Source: Squalus acanthias (lineage: Eukaryota). Taken from it: a DNA stretch of 64,000 nucleotides. A model generated the notes under the pieces. That model had not been told where the DNA came from. It did not search any database and was given only the letters and a program-made list of their open reading frames with translations. The position numbers and the translations under genes are program-made. Shown here piece after piece: positions 25,973 through 36,915 of the stretch; position 1 is the stretch's first letter; each line of letters starts with the position of its first letter. The stretch spans positions 744,001 through 808,000 of the forward strand of contig JASTWF010000069.1 in NCBI GenBank assembly GCA_030390025.1, given 5' to 3'.

Positions 25973-26166
25973 GCACTCTGCACACGATTCAGATCCTGGG
26001 AATACGAGCTGCGATATTCATTCTCGCCGTCATCGCCACTGTCACTGGGGTTCGCGTCTGGGACCGAAGACCAGCTAAAGGAAGCCGAGAGCCTGTTGAG
26101 AGCTGTGAGGATACGGGAGTCGGGAATCAGCGGCCTGACCACTTATTTCATCGGACAACTGACTAA
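25973..26166 (+). CDS. TM plus short-tail exon of an activating-type Siglec (TLHTIQILGIRAAIFILAVIATVTGVRVWDRR...TTD*)
   Basis: Acceptor tttcttgctgtatgtttccag| in phase 1, compatible with the C2 donor at 23541. Hydrophobic span contains an Arg; the tail has no Tyr. AATAAA at 26868-26873. Confidence 0.75.
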
Positions 26167-26974
26167 AGCCGAGCGCTCGCCCCCACGAGCACACTTCTCA
26201 TTGCTAGAAAAGCGAGGGAAAGAACAAGGGAGAGTCAGAGCCGCCTGCAGCTTATCTTTTATCTCTTTCTCAATCAGTGGGAACGCGCAAAGCTTTGTGA
26301 GTCGTTGAAACATAACCAAATACAAATCCCTTTTGCTAATTTTCAGCATTAAGCTTTGCTAGATTGTAGTTTAATATTAAGTTTTCTAGTTTACAGTTTT
26401 ATTAATTTAGTCTCATTTCTCCTCTGTTAGAATCAGGGGAAAGTCTATTAAAGTCTAGATTTTATTTACAGTGGGAACCCATTGTCCTCTTGTTCCTGGG
26501 TTGCCTTATCTCCATGGAAACAGAAAGCAAGCACCGAAAGAGCTTGTGCTGAGGGTAAAAAGCAGATAAGGGAGGCCCAGAGCCTGTGCCTGGACACAGA
26601 GAACCCGCCGTGCCTATGGTTGGATGGGTTTCTCCACAGTTCCGGCTCTTGGGGGACATCCTGGTGGGTTTGGTCTGGGTCTCAGTGTAGAAGGGCCAGC
26701 AAGGACACCGATCCGGACAGGTGCAGACACGCAGGGGGAGGAGGAGGATCGGGGGAAACGGGCCAGGCCTTCTACTCAAAGGGGGCAACAGCGGGTAATA
26801 CAATTCTCAATCGTACTTTGTAAACTGATGCTCAGATACCGAGTGTATTCGGTCTCACTGCTGCTTCAATAAAATCAGAACTCTTACCAATACGGAGTCA
26901 GCTTCGAACCATTGACCAGACAGTCCACAGGGAATCCAAATCCATTCTTACATAAGAACATAAGAAATAGGAGC

Positions 26975-27900
26975 AAATTTCTAAATTTGCCGATGACACC
27001 AAACTTGGGGGTGTGGCAAACAGTGATGATGACATCAATCGACTGCAACAGGACATAGAAAGGCTAGCAGAATGGGCAGACAAGTGGCAGATAGAATTTA
27101 ACACAGAGAAGTGTGAGGTGATGCATTTTGGCAGAAGGAACAGGGATTGGCAATATACACTTAATGGCACAGTTTTAAAGAGTGTGCAGGGACAGAGGGA
27201 CCTGGGAGTTAATGTGCATAGGTCCCTGAAGGTGGCAGTACATATTAAGAGAGTGCTTAAAAAAGAATATGGGATCTTGGGCTTCAGAAATAGAGGTATT
27301 GAGTACAAAAGTAGAGAAGTTATGCTGAACATTTATTAAGTGCTGGTTAGGCCACAACTGAAGTATTGCATCCAGTTCTGGTCACCACACTTTAGGAAGG
27401 ATGTGAAGGCACTTGAGAGGGTGCAGAAGAGATTTACCAGAATGGTTCCGGGGATGGGGGTTCTTAGCTACAAGGACAGGTTGGAGAAGCTGGATTTGTT
27501 ATCATTAGTGCAAAGGAGGTTGAGGGGTGATTTGATGGAGGTGTACACGATTATGATGGGTTTGGATAGGCTAGACGGGGAAAGGCTGTTCCCACTAGTT
27601 GATGGTACAAGGACTAGGGGACACAGATTTAAGGTTTTGGGCAAGAGATACAGGAGGGATGTGAGGAAAATCTTTTTTACGCAGCGAGTGTTGAGGACCA
27701 GGAACTCGCTGCCGACGGAAGTGGTGGAAGCGGAGACACTCAATGTTTTCAAGGGGAGACTGGATAGGCACTTGAGGGAAATAAACTTGCAGGGTTACGG
27801 GGATAGAGCGGGGGAATGGGACTGACTGGATTGCTCTACAGAGAGCTGGCACGGACTCAATGGGCCGAATGGCCTCCTTCTGTGCCGTTATGACTCTATA
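26975..27900 (+). mobile_element. 5'-truncated CR1 LINE
   Basis: [10 protein letters not shown]...LVRPQLKYCIQFWSP; TATGACTCTAT tail. Confidence 0.92.
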
Positions 27901-27962
27901 AGTCGGCCATTCGGCCCCTCGAGCCTGCCAAGCCATTCAATGAGATCATGGCTGATCTGATA

Positions 27963-28370
27963 GCAAAATACTGCGGATGCTGGAAATCCAAAATAACAAC
28001 AGAAAACGCTGTAAAAACTCAGCAGGCCAGGCAGCATCCGTGGAGACAGAAACAGAGTTAACGTTTCAGGTCGAAGACCTTTCGTCAGAACTGGAAAAAA
28101 GCAGGAAATGAAATAGATTTTTAAGCAAGTATAGCCTGGGAAAAGCGGGAGGGGATGAAAGAACAAAAACGGTCAGTGATAGGATAGAAAGCAGGAGAGA
28201 TTAAGAGACATTGAGAGACATTAAGAGATATTCAAGGCAAGAGGAGGTGGTAATGGGACAGGTTGAGGAACAAAGGATGGCTCGAGATGAAGTGTGAAAT
28301 GCGCTGGCAGAATGAAGGACAGCTGCGAGGGAAAAAAAACAAGGGCCAAACAAAAGGGTGGATAAAAAAA
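27963..28370 (-). mobile_element. Penelope-like element remnant
   Basis: Terminus aaatactgcggatgctggaaatc...gcagcatc and an embedded minimal hammerhead. Right edge uncertain. Confidence 0.6.
28056..28092 (-). ncRNA. Minimal type-I hammerhead ribozyme motif
   Basis: The - strand reads AGUU-CUGACGA-A-AGGUC UUC GACCU-GAAA-CG-UU-AACU: core boxes, 5-bp stem II, palindromic stem III (AACGUU) and stem I AGUU/AACU. Confidence 0.65.
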
Positions 28371-28454
28371 ACCATCCTGTGTTCCTCATGTCACGTTGTA
28401 ATTACACCCTCCTACCAGTGGTGGCGCTGTAGTGTCGCAGCTCTGCTTCTCAGA

Positions 28455-29400
28455 GGAAATCTTCCTGTGTTTACGATGTTGTTAAGACACAGGGACTGGG
28501 GGGAAATCTTACGGCTGTGTTTACGATGTTGTTAAGACAGAGGGACCAGGGGGAAATTTTACGGCTGTATTTACGATGTTGTTGAGACATTGGGACCAGG
28601 GGGGATTCTTCCCACTGTCTTTCGGATGTTGTTAAGACACAGGGACTGGGGGGAAATCTGCCAGCTGTGTTTACGATGTTGTTAAGACAGAGGGACCGGG
28701 GGTGGGGGAGAATCTTCCCACTGTTTAGGATGTTGCTAAGACACAGGGACTGGAGGGAAATCTTGCGGCTGTGTTTACGATGTTGTCGAGACACAGGGAC
28801 CAGGGGGAATCTTCCGGATGTGTTTACGATGTTGTTGATACACAGGGACCAGGGGGGAATCTTCTGGCTGTGTTTACGATTTTGTTAAGACACAGGGCCC
28901 AGGGGGAATCTTCCGGCTGTTTTTACGATGCTGTTAAGACACATGGACCAGGGGGGAATCTTCCGGTTGTGTTTACGATGTTGTTAAGACACAGGGACCA
29001 GGGAGGAATCTTCTGGCTGTGTTTATGATGTTGTTAAGACACAGGGACCAGGGGAGAATCTTCCGGCTGTGTTTACGATGTTGTTAAGACACAGGGACCA
29101 GGGGGAATCTTCCAGCTGTGTTTACGATGTTGTTAAGACACAGGAACAAGGGGGGTTTCTTCCAGCTGTGTTTACGATGTTGTTAAGACACAGGAACGCG
29201 GGGGGAATCTTCTGGCTGTGTTTACGATGTTGTTAAGACACAGGGACTGGGGGAAATCTTCCGGCTGTGTTTACGATGTTGTTGAGACACAGGGACCAGG
29301 GGGAATCTTCCGGATGTGTTTACGATGTTGTTGATACACAGGGACCAGGGGAATCTTCCGGCTGTGGTTACGATGTTAAGACAGAGCACTGAGGAAATCT
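28455..29400. repeat. ~50-bp VNTR (GTGTTTACGATGTTGTTAAGACACAGGGACCAGGGGGAATCTTCCGGCT), ~19 copies
   Basis: ttacgatgtt recurs at 28471, 28521, 28571 and onward. Confidence 0.95.
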
Positions 29401-29642
29401 TCCTTCACCTTCAACTTGAGGGCAGGTCCAGCCTGTCTGTGAGGCCCTCACGAACTCCCTCATCATTCTGATTGAGTTTACTTCAGCACCCAGGACACAT
29501 TGAACCCTCCATTGATTGCTGCTGGGCTTGTTCCAGTATCTGAGACACATTGAACCTCCTCATGGCTGTGGATGGGCTGGCTTGGGTACTTCTTATGGTT
29601 TAGCGTTTTCACCAGACACTCCCTTTTTACCTCTTTATTACT

Positions 29643-31058
29643 ATTCAGTCCCACGAGCCTGTTACACAGGAACAGGAGGAGGCCCATTCAGCCCCTCGAG
29701 CCTGTTACATAGGAACAGGAGAAGGCCCATTCAGCCCCTCGAGCCATTTACACAGGAACAGGAGGATGCCCAATTAGCCCCCTCGAGCCGGTTACACAGG
29801 AACAGGAGGAGGCCCAATCAGGCCCTCGACCCTGTTACACATGAACAGGAGGAGGCCCATTCAGCCCCTCAAGCCTGTTACGCAGGAACAGGAGGAGGCA
29901 CATTCAGCCCCTCGAGCCAGTTACAGAGGAACAGCAGTAGGCCCATTCAGCCCCCTGGAGCCTATTACACAGGAAGAGGAGGCCCATTCGGCCCCTCGAG
30001 CCTGTTACACAGGAACAGGAGGAGGCAGATTTTGATCATCGAGCCTGTTACACAGGAACAGGAGGAAGCCCATTCAGCACCTCGAGCCTGTTACACAGGA
30101 AGAGGAGGAAGCCCATTCAGCACCTCGAGCCTGTTACACAGGAACAGGAGGAGGCCCATTCAGTCCCCTCGAGCCTGTTACACAGGAACAAGAGGAGTCC
30201 CATTCAGATCATCGAGCCTGTTACACAGGAACAGGAGGAGGCCCACTCAGCCCCCTCGAGCCTGTTACACAGGAACAGGAGAATGCCTATTCATCCACCT
30301 CGAGCCTATTACACAATAACAGGAGGAGGCACATTCAGTCCCCTCAAGCCTGTTACACAGGAACAGGAGGAGGCCCATTCAGCCCCCTCGAGCCTGTTAC
30401 ACAGGAACAGGAGGAGTCTCATTCAGCCCCTCAAGCCTGTTACACAGGAACAGGAGGAGGCCCATTCAGATGCTCGAGCCTGTTACAAAAGAACAGGAGG
30501 AGGCACATTCAGCCCCTTGAGCCTGTTACACAGGAACAGGAGGAGGAGCTTTGAGCCCGCTAGATCCTGTTACACAAGAACAGGATGAGACCCATTCAGC
30601 CCCTCGAGCCTTTTACACAGGAACAGGAGGAGGCCCATTCAGATCATCGAGCCTGTTACACAGGAACAGGAGAAGGCCCATTTAGCCCCTCGAGCCTGTT
30701 ACACAGGAACTGTAGGTGGCCCATTCAGCCCCCTCGAACCTGTTACACAGGAACAGGAGGAGGCCCATACAACCCTTGAGCCTGTTACACTGGAACAGGA
30801 GGAGGCACATTCAGCCCCTCGAGCCTGTTACACAGGAACAGGAGGAGGCCCATTCAGCCCCTCGAGCCTGTTACACAGGAACAGCAGGAGTCCCAGTCAG
30901 CCCCCGAGCCTTGTACACAATAACAGGAGGAGGCCCATTGAGCCCCCTTTAACCTGTTACACAGGAACAGGAGGAGGCACATTCAGCCCCTCGAGCATGT
31001 TACACAGGAACAGGAGGAGGACCATTCAACCCCTCGAGCCTGTTACACAGGAACAGGA
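29643..31058. repeat. ~43-bp VNTR derived from the CR1 3' UTR, ~33 copies
   Basis: CTCGAGCCTGTTACACAGGAACAGGAGGAGGCCCATTCAGCCC; same unit as 63750-64000 in the opposite orientation. Confidence 0.95.
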
Positions 31059-31710
31059 TGTTAGATTCGAATTTGGAGAAACTCTAGACGGAGACGGAAT
31101 TGAGGACAAGAACAAAATTTATTAAAACAACTAAGAGAGACTTGTGCACAAGGGGAGCCACCCAGCTTCCTCAAGCTTGAGGTGCACTCACAAAGGAAAA
31201 ACAGCGGTTCATTCAAGATATACAGTTCTATAAGCAACGCCCACTTACGACAGAATGGGGGCGTACACGTACGAACAACGTCGCCACAGTTACTCTTTAT
31301 TGGCTTTGGTGTTTAGTCACCAAATTAGTGTTATTTAGTTAATTAGTGAAGAGACGCCTTGCAGCCTGCAAAAGTGCCTGTTCCTTGCATTTTACGATCC
31401 CCTTATCACTTTTACTGGTCTCTGATGTTCGATATTCGACCTGGCTTACATCCCTGCTATCTGTTCCCAGCTGCATGTTGTCAGTCTCCATTTTAATTAA
31501 GCCCCATCTTTGAATCTACAGCTAATCCTTACAAGTGCCTTTTTTATGAGAGGCTTAAACATAGTCAAGTATCCCAGAATTCTTTGGGAACTAGCTGGAT
31601 CCTTCAGCTTGTTTAAAACGCCCGAAGTGAGTAGAAAGCTTGGTTGAAGCATGTCCAGTTAACCATTTGCCCCGGTTTGCAGGGCCGCACTCAAATGGGT
31701 TTTGTTCCCG
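31059..31710 (-). mobile_element. Probable truncated LTR
   Basis: Starts abruptly with TGTTAG inside the VNTR; AATAAA on the - strand near 31120. The other end and TSD were not found. Confidence 0.4.
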
Positions 31711-34441
31711 AATCCCGTGTCTGATTAGGGTCCGGGATGGCTGGTTGGAAAGCCCCGGCGCCGCCGCACACTATATTGCTGCACTGGCCCCGGGCGAGTT
31801 GGGGAAAGTGTCGGAATCCCGTGCCGCCTGCCGGGCCGTCGGTCAGCGGGCACGTTATCCGGTATAACTTCGGGCAGGAATGTCGGATCCGGACCTGGTC
31901 AACGGCGCCTGAATGGGGTGGCGGGGCTGAAGAGACCGGGACCGACCCGGTGTAGCTGCGCCTTTGCCCGGCTGGGTGACAGCAGTCAGGCTGCAGACCG
32001 CTTTCCGACTGCTAAATCGGCGGGCCGGCCACCGATCTGCTGGGGGGCGCCGTTTGCGGAAGATGAGGGCAAGCGGCATCGGCCGGTACCAGAACCAGAG
32101 CGGTGGCCCACCGGGGAGCGTGTCGGCAGTCGCCGAAACTTGGCAGGGTGACCCCGCCCGCCCCGCTGGAAAAGGTGCAAAATGCCGCAAAAACCACCCG
32201 GGGAGCTCGAGCCGAGTGGGAAACGCTCATCTGGAAAGCCGCGACATTTTTCAACAAAGTCGTCCATACGAACGAAAATTCTTGCAAAAGTGGCAGAGAC
32301 TGAGTGGGAAAGTGACAAATGGGTAACCAAATGTCAAAGGAACAAATAGTTAACCAAAGTCTCAGAAGTGGGAACTCATTAACTGACCTTTGAAAAGTGA
32401 CAAATGTTTCACCAAATGTCAAAGGGACGACATTTTATAACCTTTTAGTTTGGAATTTTTTTTCCATTTTTGCCCATTTTTCGGGTTTTGGTCAGGCTTA
32501 AAAAACGGCCGCCTGATGCCCGGCAGAGGCCGGGAATTCGCCTCCCTGCGTAAGGGACCGTGTCCGAACCGATTGAGGCCGAGAGACCCGAGTTCAGGCC
32601 GGAAAATATTTTCCCCGAAATCGGCTGAAAATTAAAAAAAAATTCTCTGTCCGTCGGCCGGTGTCGGCGTTCGACTGGGCACCGGGAATCCGCGTCTAAC
32701 GGTGGCAAAACCGCGTGTCTCCGACGCCGGAGTGCGGAGATATGGCCGTTCAAAGTTGTTCCGGAGGTCCGAAGGGATCTGATTTGGCCGCCTGACCGGG
32801 GCTCGGGTGATGATTTCCCGTTGGGGAAGCGAGTTGCTCCCGGCAAATGGTCATGTGCATTTTCTGGCAAGTGTTCAGAACACTGGTTTATGAGTTGGCG
32901 GGCGGGAAATCTTGAATTCAATCGGAAGTCTGGATAGAGATTGGAAAACTGGCTCTTTGCGGGGATTTGATGCTCCTGGTCGGACGGAGTTGGTCTTTCG
33001 AGCCACTGATTTGACATTTGTCATTTCTGCACTCGGGGATTGGCGGGTTACCTGCAGAAAGGTGATCAATGCCGCAGTCAAACGCCTCCCGTTCCGGACT
33101 GCCGTGTCTGATTAGGGTCGGGGATGGCTGGTTGGAAAGCCCCGGTGCTGCCGCTCACTATATTGCTGCGCTGACCCCGGGCGAGTTCGTGAAAGTGTCG
33201 GAATCCCGTGCCGCCTGCCGGGCCGTCGGTCAGCGGGACGGGTATCGTGAATAACTTCGGGCAGGAAGGTCGGATCCGTAGCTGGTCAACGGCGTCTGAA
33301 TGGGCTTGCGGGGCTGAAGAGACCGGGATGGACCCGGTGTAGCTGCGCCTTTGCGCGGCCGAGCGACGGCAGTCAGGCTGCAGACCGCTTTCCGACAGCT
33401 GAGTCGGCGGGTCGGCCACCGATCTTGGTGGCCGAGCGGCCTGGGCAGGCCGGGGGCAAGGGGCATCCAGCGGTACCGGAACGGTGTCAGTGCGACACCG
33501 GGAAGCCGGGTGCCGCTCGCTCCGAGTCCAGCCTGGGTTTTCCCGTTTAAAACGACGGGAATGAGTGCTGCCCTCTGGTGGTGGAATCCTGCCATTGCAG
33601 CTTTTCGTATACAATTACCGTTTGCCCCGGTCGGCGGGGCGGCAGACATACGCCTGACGTTCCGGGCTGGCGTGTCCGATTTCGGTCGGCCATGGCTCGT
33701 TGGAAAGCCCCGGCGATGGCGCACACTATATTGCTGCGCTGGCTCCGGGCCTGTTCGGGAAAGTGTCGGAATCGCCTGCCGCCTGCCGGGCCGTCATTCA
33801 CGGGGGCCGGGTATCGGTTATAACTTCTGGCGGAAGGACGGATCCGCACCGGGTCAACGGCGCCTGACTGCGCTTGCGGGGCTGAAGAGACCAGTACCGA
33901 CCCGGTGCAGCTGCGCCTTTGCCCGGCCGGGTTACGGTAGTCAGGCTGCAGACCGCTTTCCGACTGCTAAATCGGCGGGCCGGTCACCGATCTGCTGGGG
34001 GGCGCCGTTTGCGGAAGCCGAGGGCAAGCGGCATCGGCCGGTACCAGAACCAGAGCGGTGGCCCACCGGGCAGCGTGTCGGCAGGCGCCGAAACTTGGCA
34101 GGGTGACCCCGCCCGCCCCGCTGGAAAAGGTGCAAAATGCCGCAAAAACCACCCGGGGAGCTCGAGCCGAGTGGGAAACGCTCATCTGGAAAGCCGGGAC
34201 ATTTTTCAACAAAGTCGTCCATACGAACGAAAATTCTTGCAAAAGTGGCACAGAGACTGAGTGGAAAAGTGACAAATGGTTAACAAAATATCAATGGGAC
34301 AAATAGTTAACCAAAGTCTCAAAAGTGGGAACTCATTAACTGATCTTTGAAAAGTGACAAATGGTAAACCAAAGAGTCGAAAGTGGGACCTTAGTAACTG
34401 AAATGTGTCAATCCAAAGTCTCAAAGTGATAAATGATGCAT

Positions 34442-36915
34442 TATGGTGGTTCGCCACCTAAACGGGCATAACCCACTTTTCCATCTGTGGACAATATATC
34501 GGTGAACCTTCCCTTTAAGGCACCTTACCTTTAAGACAGGAGTGGGCGGGGCTTCAGGGTTTTTCCAGAGAATTCTGGGAGCAGCTTTCTCAGCCATTTT
34601 GTGTGCCATGCAGTGAATTAAAGTTTCTTGTTTTCCACATATGGATTCAGCCTCCATTCGTGTTTCGCGGCAGCCTCAACATTGGTGACCCCGACGCTCA
34701 GAACGTATTCCGAGCACTGCAATGGCGGACACGAACGCAGTTTCCATGAAACTGCCGGAGTTTTGGGAAAACCAGCCGAAGCCTGGTTTCTCCAAGCTGA
34801 ATCTCGCTTCCGGCTGCGAAATATCACCACAGATGGGACGAAGTACGACTATCTCGTCACATCACTCAATAGCGCCGCAGTTTCGAAGGTTTGGACAACG
34901 CTGCAGAACCCACCGGAGGAAGGCAAGTACGCACATCTCAGGACAGCGCTCCTTAAAAAATTTACGGCCTCGGCATATCAGCGAAACTGCCACCTCCTCG
35001 ACCTTCCAGGCCTCGGTGATGCCTCACCGTCAGACCTCCTCTCCCACATGCTCTCCCTCACCGACGAGAGCCCACCCGGATCCCTCTTCCGCACGCTGTT
35101 CATCCGCCAGCTCCCTCTCAGCATCTGCCCAGCGATCGTGGCGTCCGGCCTCACGAACCTGGAAGCCCTGGCCGATGAGGCCGACAAGCTGCTGTCCGCT
35201 CACTCCAGCCGCGACGTCACTCCGGACCTGGCAGCCAATGCCTGGGCGCGCCCCTCACCATCCAGCACGTGGCCACAAGGGCCTGTCACCAGGCCCATGG
35301 GGCCTTCACGCCCCACTAACCCGGGCCACTGTTACTACCACGCACGGTTCGGCGCCAGGGCACAACGGTGCACACCTCCCTGCTCTTTCAAGTCCGCCCC
35401 CGTACCAGCCCCCGCGATGGCTGTGGGCCACGCGGGCTCCCTGCTGTTCATTACGGATGACAAAACCGGCCGCCGGTTCCTGTGCGACACTGGGGCTCAG
35501 CACAGCATCATCCCGGCCTCCTCCCTCGACATCCAAAAGGGCGAACGAGGACCGGCGCTGGCTGCTAACAGCTCGGAAATCCGGACGTATGGCACCCGGA
35601 CAGTCACCCTCGACCTCGCTGGTCGCCGCTACCGATGGGAGTTCATCACTGCCAAGGTACAGCAACACACGAAAGCACCCCTCGAGGAGTTTACCGTCCC
35701 CTCGCGGAGATTCGACCTCATCCACGTGGACATTGTCGGGCCCCTGCCGCCGTCGCAAGGCCACACGCACTTGCTGACCATCGTTGACCGCACCACACGC
35801 TGGCCTGAGGCAATTCCACTGACCTCTACCACCACCGCCGACATCGCCAGAGCCTTCGTCAGCACCTGGGTCGCACGGTTCGGCGTCCCCTCCGACATGA
35901 CGTCGGACAGAGGTCCGCAATTTACCTCTGAACTCTGGACCGCCGTTGCACGCAATCTCGGGGTGACCATTCACCGCACCACTGCATACCACCCCCAAGC
36001 CAACGGACTGTGTGAGCGGTTCCACAGATCCTTGAAGGCATCTCTTCGAGCCAGCTACCAAGATGGCGCCTGGACCGACCGACTTCCGTGGGTCCTCCTT
36101 GGCCTGCGCACCGCGGTTAAAGAAGACCTCCATGCATCGGCAGCAGAGCTCGTGTACGGTCAGCCGCTGCACGTACCCGGCGAGTTCCTGCCCACCGCCA
36201 CGAAACCCTGGTCAGCCGACCAGCAATGCCACGACTTCACCTCACCGGCGCTGCAGTTCGCCCCAGTGCCCATTGCTCGACACGGCGAATCCACCTCACA
36301 CGTCCCACTAAGCCTGCACCAGGCACGGTTTGTTTTCGTCCGGCACGACGCCCACCGCGGACCCCTTCAACCCCCGTACGACGGGCCCTACAAGGTGCTA
36401 CAGGCTGGGGACAAATTTTTCACCCTGCAAGTGAGCGACAGGACCGAAAAAGTGTCGGTTGACCGACTCAAGCCAGCACACTTGGAGCCCGGTGAGCAGG
36501 TCCCTGTAGCTCGTCCACCTCCACGCGGCCGACCTGCCCTCAAGCCGGTTCACCCGGCTGCTCCACGCCCGGCCGTCCCACGTCCACCGGCGTCCTACAA
36601 GAGCCGCTCCGGCCGGCCCATCAGACCGCCGCACCGTCTCGTCCACACCTCCTAAGCGGATTCTGGGGGGAGCTGTGTGGCGGATCGCCACCTAAACGGG
36701 CATAACCCACTTTTCCGTCTGTGGACAATATATCGGTGAACCTTCCCTTTAAGGCACCTTACCTTTAAGACAGGAGTGGGCGGGGCTTCAGGGTTTTTCC
36801 AGAGAATTCTGGGAGCAGCTTTCTCAGCCATTTTGTGTGCCATGCAGTGAATTAAAGTTTCTTGTTTTCCACATATGGATTCAGCCTCCATTCGTGTTTC
36901 GCGGCAGCCTCAACA
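34442..36915 (+). mobile_element. Internally deleted Ty3/Gypsy LTR retrotransposon (2474 bp)
   Basis: 240-bp LTRs at 34442-34681 and 36676-36915 (4 differences seen). PBS TGGTGACCCCGACG (tRNA-Trp) at 34683. PPT GGGGGGAG near 36665. TSD GCAT/ACAT. Confidence 0.95.
34722..36655 (+). pseudogene. Gypsy gag-protease fused in frame to integrase; RT and RNase H deleted; 1-nt frameshift at ~34776
   Basis: KLPEFWENQP/EAWF split over two frames. CYYHARFG..A..C..PC gag motif; LCDTGA protease; integrase VDIVGP..SDRGPQF..NGLCERF and GPY. Confidence 0.9.

Noticed and set aside
29516-30952. 267-aa and overlapping ORFs
   Set aside because: These are translations of the 43-bp VNTR.
34628-34721. N-terminus of the 675-aa ORF
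   Set aside because: It begins inside the LTR. The true gag ATG is at 34722 in another frame because of a 1-nt deletion.
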